From Klebsormidium nitens (taxonomy: Eukaryota; Plantae; Klebsormidiophyceae), in assembly GCA_000708835.1 (NCBI GenBank), contig DF236969.1:124001-188000 (forward strand): a stretch of DNA of 64,000 nucleotides, written 5' to 3'. The position numbers and the translations under genes were made by a program. The notes beneath the pieces were generated by a model. That model ran no database searches. It was not told the DNA's origin and was given only the letters and a program-made list of their open reading frames with translations. Below are positions 62,943-64,000 of this stretch, one piece after another; positions within the stretch are counted from its first letter, which is position 1; each line of letters starts with the position of its first letter.

Positions 62943-64000
62943 GCGCTTCTTACACTGGGCAGGACAACTTCTAGACCCCTCAGCGTTCCTTCTTTTTCAA
63001 TCCTTTATTTGCTCAGCAAGCTCGTTGCTTCTCTGGACGGCCCGAGAAGGGGCCTATAACTTCTTTCCTCTCCGCCATCATCCACCTCTGCCTGGAAAAG
63101 AAAAAGGGCCCGCGCAAACTCCCAGGGCGGACAATCCTTGCCAGCATGCTAGAATCTGGTGCCGCAACGATATTGGCCTATAACCGAGTCCTTCACTAGA
63201 GGAACGCAAAGCTTGTGATGTTTCCTGTCCTTAGCTGCGCGTGAGAGTCATCCGTCTGACCTTCTAACTTTTGAATTACTCAGGTCTGCGAGCAGAAACG
63301 TATACCGGTACCGTAATCAGTTTCCACGCAGTCAATTCAATCAGCGTACACAGTGACGTGAAAGCGTTCGATGAGTCTTATATTATTTCGAAGTAACAAC
63401 TACATACTGCAGCTACCATTGAATGAGGTACCTACCCGCTTGGGCGGACACCCTGTCCACGATGTACCTAGGTTTTAACAAGCGACCCGGTCCAGTGTCC
63501 TACCGTGTAGGACCTACGGGCAATGGTGTTCAGCAAATGGTTGTCGCGCGCGGTCGACTTTTTCGGACGGTGATCACGGTCGATGGCAAGCAGATGACGT
63601 GATCGAACGGCTCACAGGGTGGAAAACCAGAACTGGTGCCAGAAGTCCCATCAAAGAGCAATGAGCATGAGCACTGGCAGGTCTGTGCCAGTGCACGGTG
63701 CAATACCGGTAGGTCTTAGGTGTCTGTGCAAGGGTAATATATATGTACTCGCTCAAAACAGCACCGCACTGCTGTCTTCTGAGAAGTAGAGCTGCTGGCA
63801 CCAGACATACGTGGGACATCGTTCCTAGCCTCTAGGCTCTGTGCCAGTCAAGCTCAAAAATCATACAGGGCAGGACCGAGGTAGGGCGGGCAGATACTAA
63901 AGAAGAACGAAGAATGGACGAAACGCAGTTTGGAGCTGAAAGTAGCTAGAAAGGGAGGAGGCATAGTTGCAGCGGTTCGATGACACTGTTGAGCAGCTAT

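Noticed and set aside
1-64000. tRNA, rRNA, snoRNA, viral or autonomous transposon genes
   Set aside because: No cloverleaf, rRNA, complete C/D box pair, reverse transcriptase, transposase or capsid motifs were recognised by eye. A covariance-model search was not possible.

Overview
This is intron-rich eukaryotic nuclear DNA from a flagellated green plant lineage. The GC3-rich exons and the mix of plastid and ciliary genes fit a streptophyte alga such as Klebsormidium (inference). Gene models were built by hand from splice phase and remembered family similarity, with no database search. They are: TMEM237-like (+), NDUFB9/B22 (-), Ycf36/DUF1230 (-), SAR1 (+), a 15-exon TMC-family channel (-), an intronless GT61 glycosyltransferase (+), a PPR-SMR protein (-), a SUMO-like/BTB fusion (+), a secreted-protein gene with an in-frame TAG (-) and RSP3 (-). 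The window also holds two MITEs and an assembly gap. The most striking unexplained structure is a recurrent class of intronic repeats that copy a neighbouring splice junction (a splice site plus roughly 10-60 nt of exon), mostly in 110-170 bp units. These occur in at least 9 introns of 3 unrelated genes and create decoy splice sites. Other highlights are the algal TMC channel, the SUMO-like-BTB fusion, and a dense GTAC and telo-box cluster in a divergent promoter.
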